From: Clostridiales bacterium GWD2_32_19
Lineage (GTDB): Bacteria > Bacillota > Clostridia > Lachnospirales > UBA12420
DNA length: 64,000 nucleotides
Direction of reading: 5' to 3'
Assembly (NCBI GenBank): GCA_001795385.1
Contig: MGOU01000022.1
Span: forward strand, 33,566 to 97,565
The position numbers and the translations under genes are program-made. Positions 62,578-64,000 of this stretch are shown one piece after another (position 1 is the first letter of the stretch; every line of letters begins with the position of its first letter). The notes under the pieces are model-generated. The model was given only the letters and a program-made list of their open reading frames with translations. It was not told the origin of the DNA and ran no database searches.

Positions 62578-64000
62578 ATGCTACCAAATGGATTTAAGAT
62601 GATAGAAGAAGAATATCTGGAAGATTATGAAGTAATGGGATACCATTTTGAGCATGTAAAATCAGGTGCTAAATTTGTGTATATAAAAAATGATGATGTT
62701 GAGAGCTATTGTGCGATAACATTTAAGACTTTGCCAAAAAACAATAAGGGGTTAACACATATACTTGAGCATTGTGTTCTTGGAGGATCCAAAAAATATC
62801 CGGAAAAAAATGTAGTTAATGAATTAAAGAAGTCGTCACTATACACTTGCTTGAGGGCATCAACTTATCTAGATAAGACAAAATATTCTTTTTCTAGTAT
62901 GAATAAAAAAGACTTTCATAATATATTAGATGTATATATGGACGCGCTACTTAACCCCAATATATATATAAATGAAAATATATTTAAGCAAGAAGGATGG
63001 AGATATGATTTAGATAATGATGGTAAGATCTTTTATAATGGTATAGTTTATAATGAGGTGAAAGATATTGCCATAAATCCACCTGATTTAATGGGTCAAA
63101 AAATACGAGAAATTTGTTTGTGTGACACTAACTATAAATATTCATTAGGTGGAAAATTGGAAAATATGGTGAAGTCTACCAATGAGGATATGTTGAAAAT
63201 TCATAAAGATTACTACCATCCATCTAATATGTATATATTTTTATCTGGGAAAGAGGACATTCTAGGAGAGTTAGACTTTATTGATGAACAATATTTGAAA
63301 TATTATACAAAAAAGACAATAAATAATGGGAAAATTCTGCAAGGAGATATAAATATAAACGGAATTCAGGAATTTTACTATCCAACTAATGATGATATTA
63401 AAAATAAAAATTATTATAGTTTAAGTTATATGATAAAAGAAAGTACTTGTAGAACAAATCATGATTTGAATTTGTTGAATGCTTTTTTATATAACTATGG
63501 TGGTTCTCCAATTTTGGAAGCATTGAGGAAAAAAGATTTATTTTACAACTCACGAATAGATACAAAATCATATAATCAATTTATTAATACATTTATGTTG
63601 AATAATATAGATGAAGAAAGGGGTGAATCTTTTTTTGATTTAATTCAAAATACTTTAATTGATACAAGTAAAAATGGTATTGCAAAGAAAATGACAGATG
63701 TCTTTTTGGCAAGAGTTGAGTTTAACAGAAAAAATAATAAAAATAGTATCATGGGGTCCCATTATTACGATGAAATAATACATAATTGGTTATATGGCAA
63801 ATCACCATTTGAAAGCATAAAGTTAGAGGAAAACATACATAATGATATAAAGAATGAACTCGATAATGGATTTATAGAAAACGGAATAAATAAGTATTTT
63901 CTAAATAATGAAAACAATGTTAAAATAATATATAAACCTAAAAAAACTGAGATAAATAAACTATTTCAAATAAAGACAAGATTTTCATGTGAAAGAGTAG
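62578..64000 (+). CDS. M16C insulinase/PreP-like zinc peptidase, 3' end outside window
   Basis: Not in the ORF track because it runs off the window. Open frame from the ATG at 62578 to the end. HILEH zinc motif in GLTHILEHCVLGGSKKYPEKN. Confidence 0.85.
   Translation, partial: MLPNGFKMIEEEYLEDYEVMGYHFEHVKSGAKFVYIKNDDVESYCAITFKTLPKNNKGLTHILEHCVLGGSKKYPEKNVVNELKKSSLYTCLRASTYLDKTKYSFSSMNKKDFHNILDVYMDALLNPNIYINENIFKQEGWRYDLDNDGKIFYNGIVYNEVKDIAINPPDLMGQKIREICLCDTNYKYSLGGKLENMVKSTNEDMLKIHKDYYHPSNMYIFLSGKEDILGELDFIDEQYLKYYTKKTINNGKILQGDININGIQEFYYPTNDDIKNKNYYSLSYMIKESTCRTNHDLNLLNAFLYNYGGSPILEALRKKDLFYNSRIDTKSYNQFINTFMLNNIDEERGESFFDLIQNTLIDTSKNGIAKKMTDVFLARVEFNRKNNKNSIMGSHYYDEIIHNWLYGKSPFESIKLEENIHNDIKNELDNGFIENGINKYFLNNENNVKIIYKPKKTEINKLFQIKTRFSCERV

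Noticed and set aside
1-64000. CRISPR arrays, tRNA/rRNA genes, IS elements, integrases, prophage or toxin-antitoxin modules.
   Set aside because: No regularly spaced repeats, cloverleaf-like GC-rich segments, transposase or recombinase motifs, or small paired toxin/antitoxin ORFs were seen. For this reason the repeat-flanked segments are not called mobile elements.

Overview
Visibly AT-rich, low-GC Firmicutes (Clostridia/Tissierellia-like) chromosomal segment, with almost all genes on the + strand. No rRNA, tRNA, CRISPR array, transposase or integrase was recognised. Gene content in order: tail of a fla/che operon (cheW-cheC-cheD-sigD-FapA plus three small unknown proteins); a rearranged pyrH-frr-uppS-cdsA-rseP block; mtaB, ruvX, dinB; dnaB(DnaD)-dnaI on the - strand; tilS, ftsH; an Rrf2-nifS-iscU-mnmA operon; a DD-carboxypeptidase; an AT-rich islet of unknown membrane proteins; ftsEX-M23-ctpA; a Ca2+ P-type ATPase followed by an atypical TerD/TelA neighbourhood; metallophosphoesterase-uvrB-HD hydrolase; GIY-YIG; ABC-F; an amidase; cdaA-cdaR-glmS; rnz; an SSB-like pair; a TrxR-like flavoprotein; and a partial M16 peptidase. 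Candidates for something undescribed, best first. (1) The Ter/TelA locus at 38.3-44.7 kb lacks TerC and TerB. It instead carries an ATPase-less ABC membrane domain, an AIM24 protein, an orphan 270-aa protein and a TerD paralog without the Ca2+ motif. (2) A 74-nt leader is duplicated at identical spacing in front of two unrelated phosphohydrolase genes. (3) The 25.3-30.3 kb membrane-protein islet has a palindromic operator and 19-nt direct repeats. (4) A P-loop-less Mur-ligase-like protein is translationally coupled to a tandem-OB SSB-like protein. (5) A ~162-nt GC-rich nested-hairpin repeat family shows compensatory changes. All functional calls rest on motif recognition by eye; no searches or computations were run.
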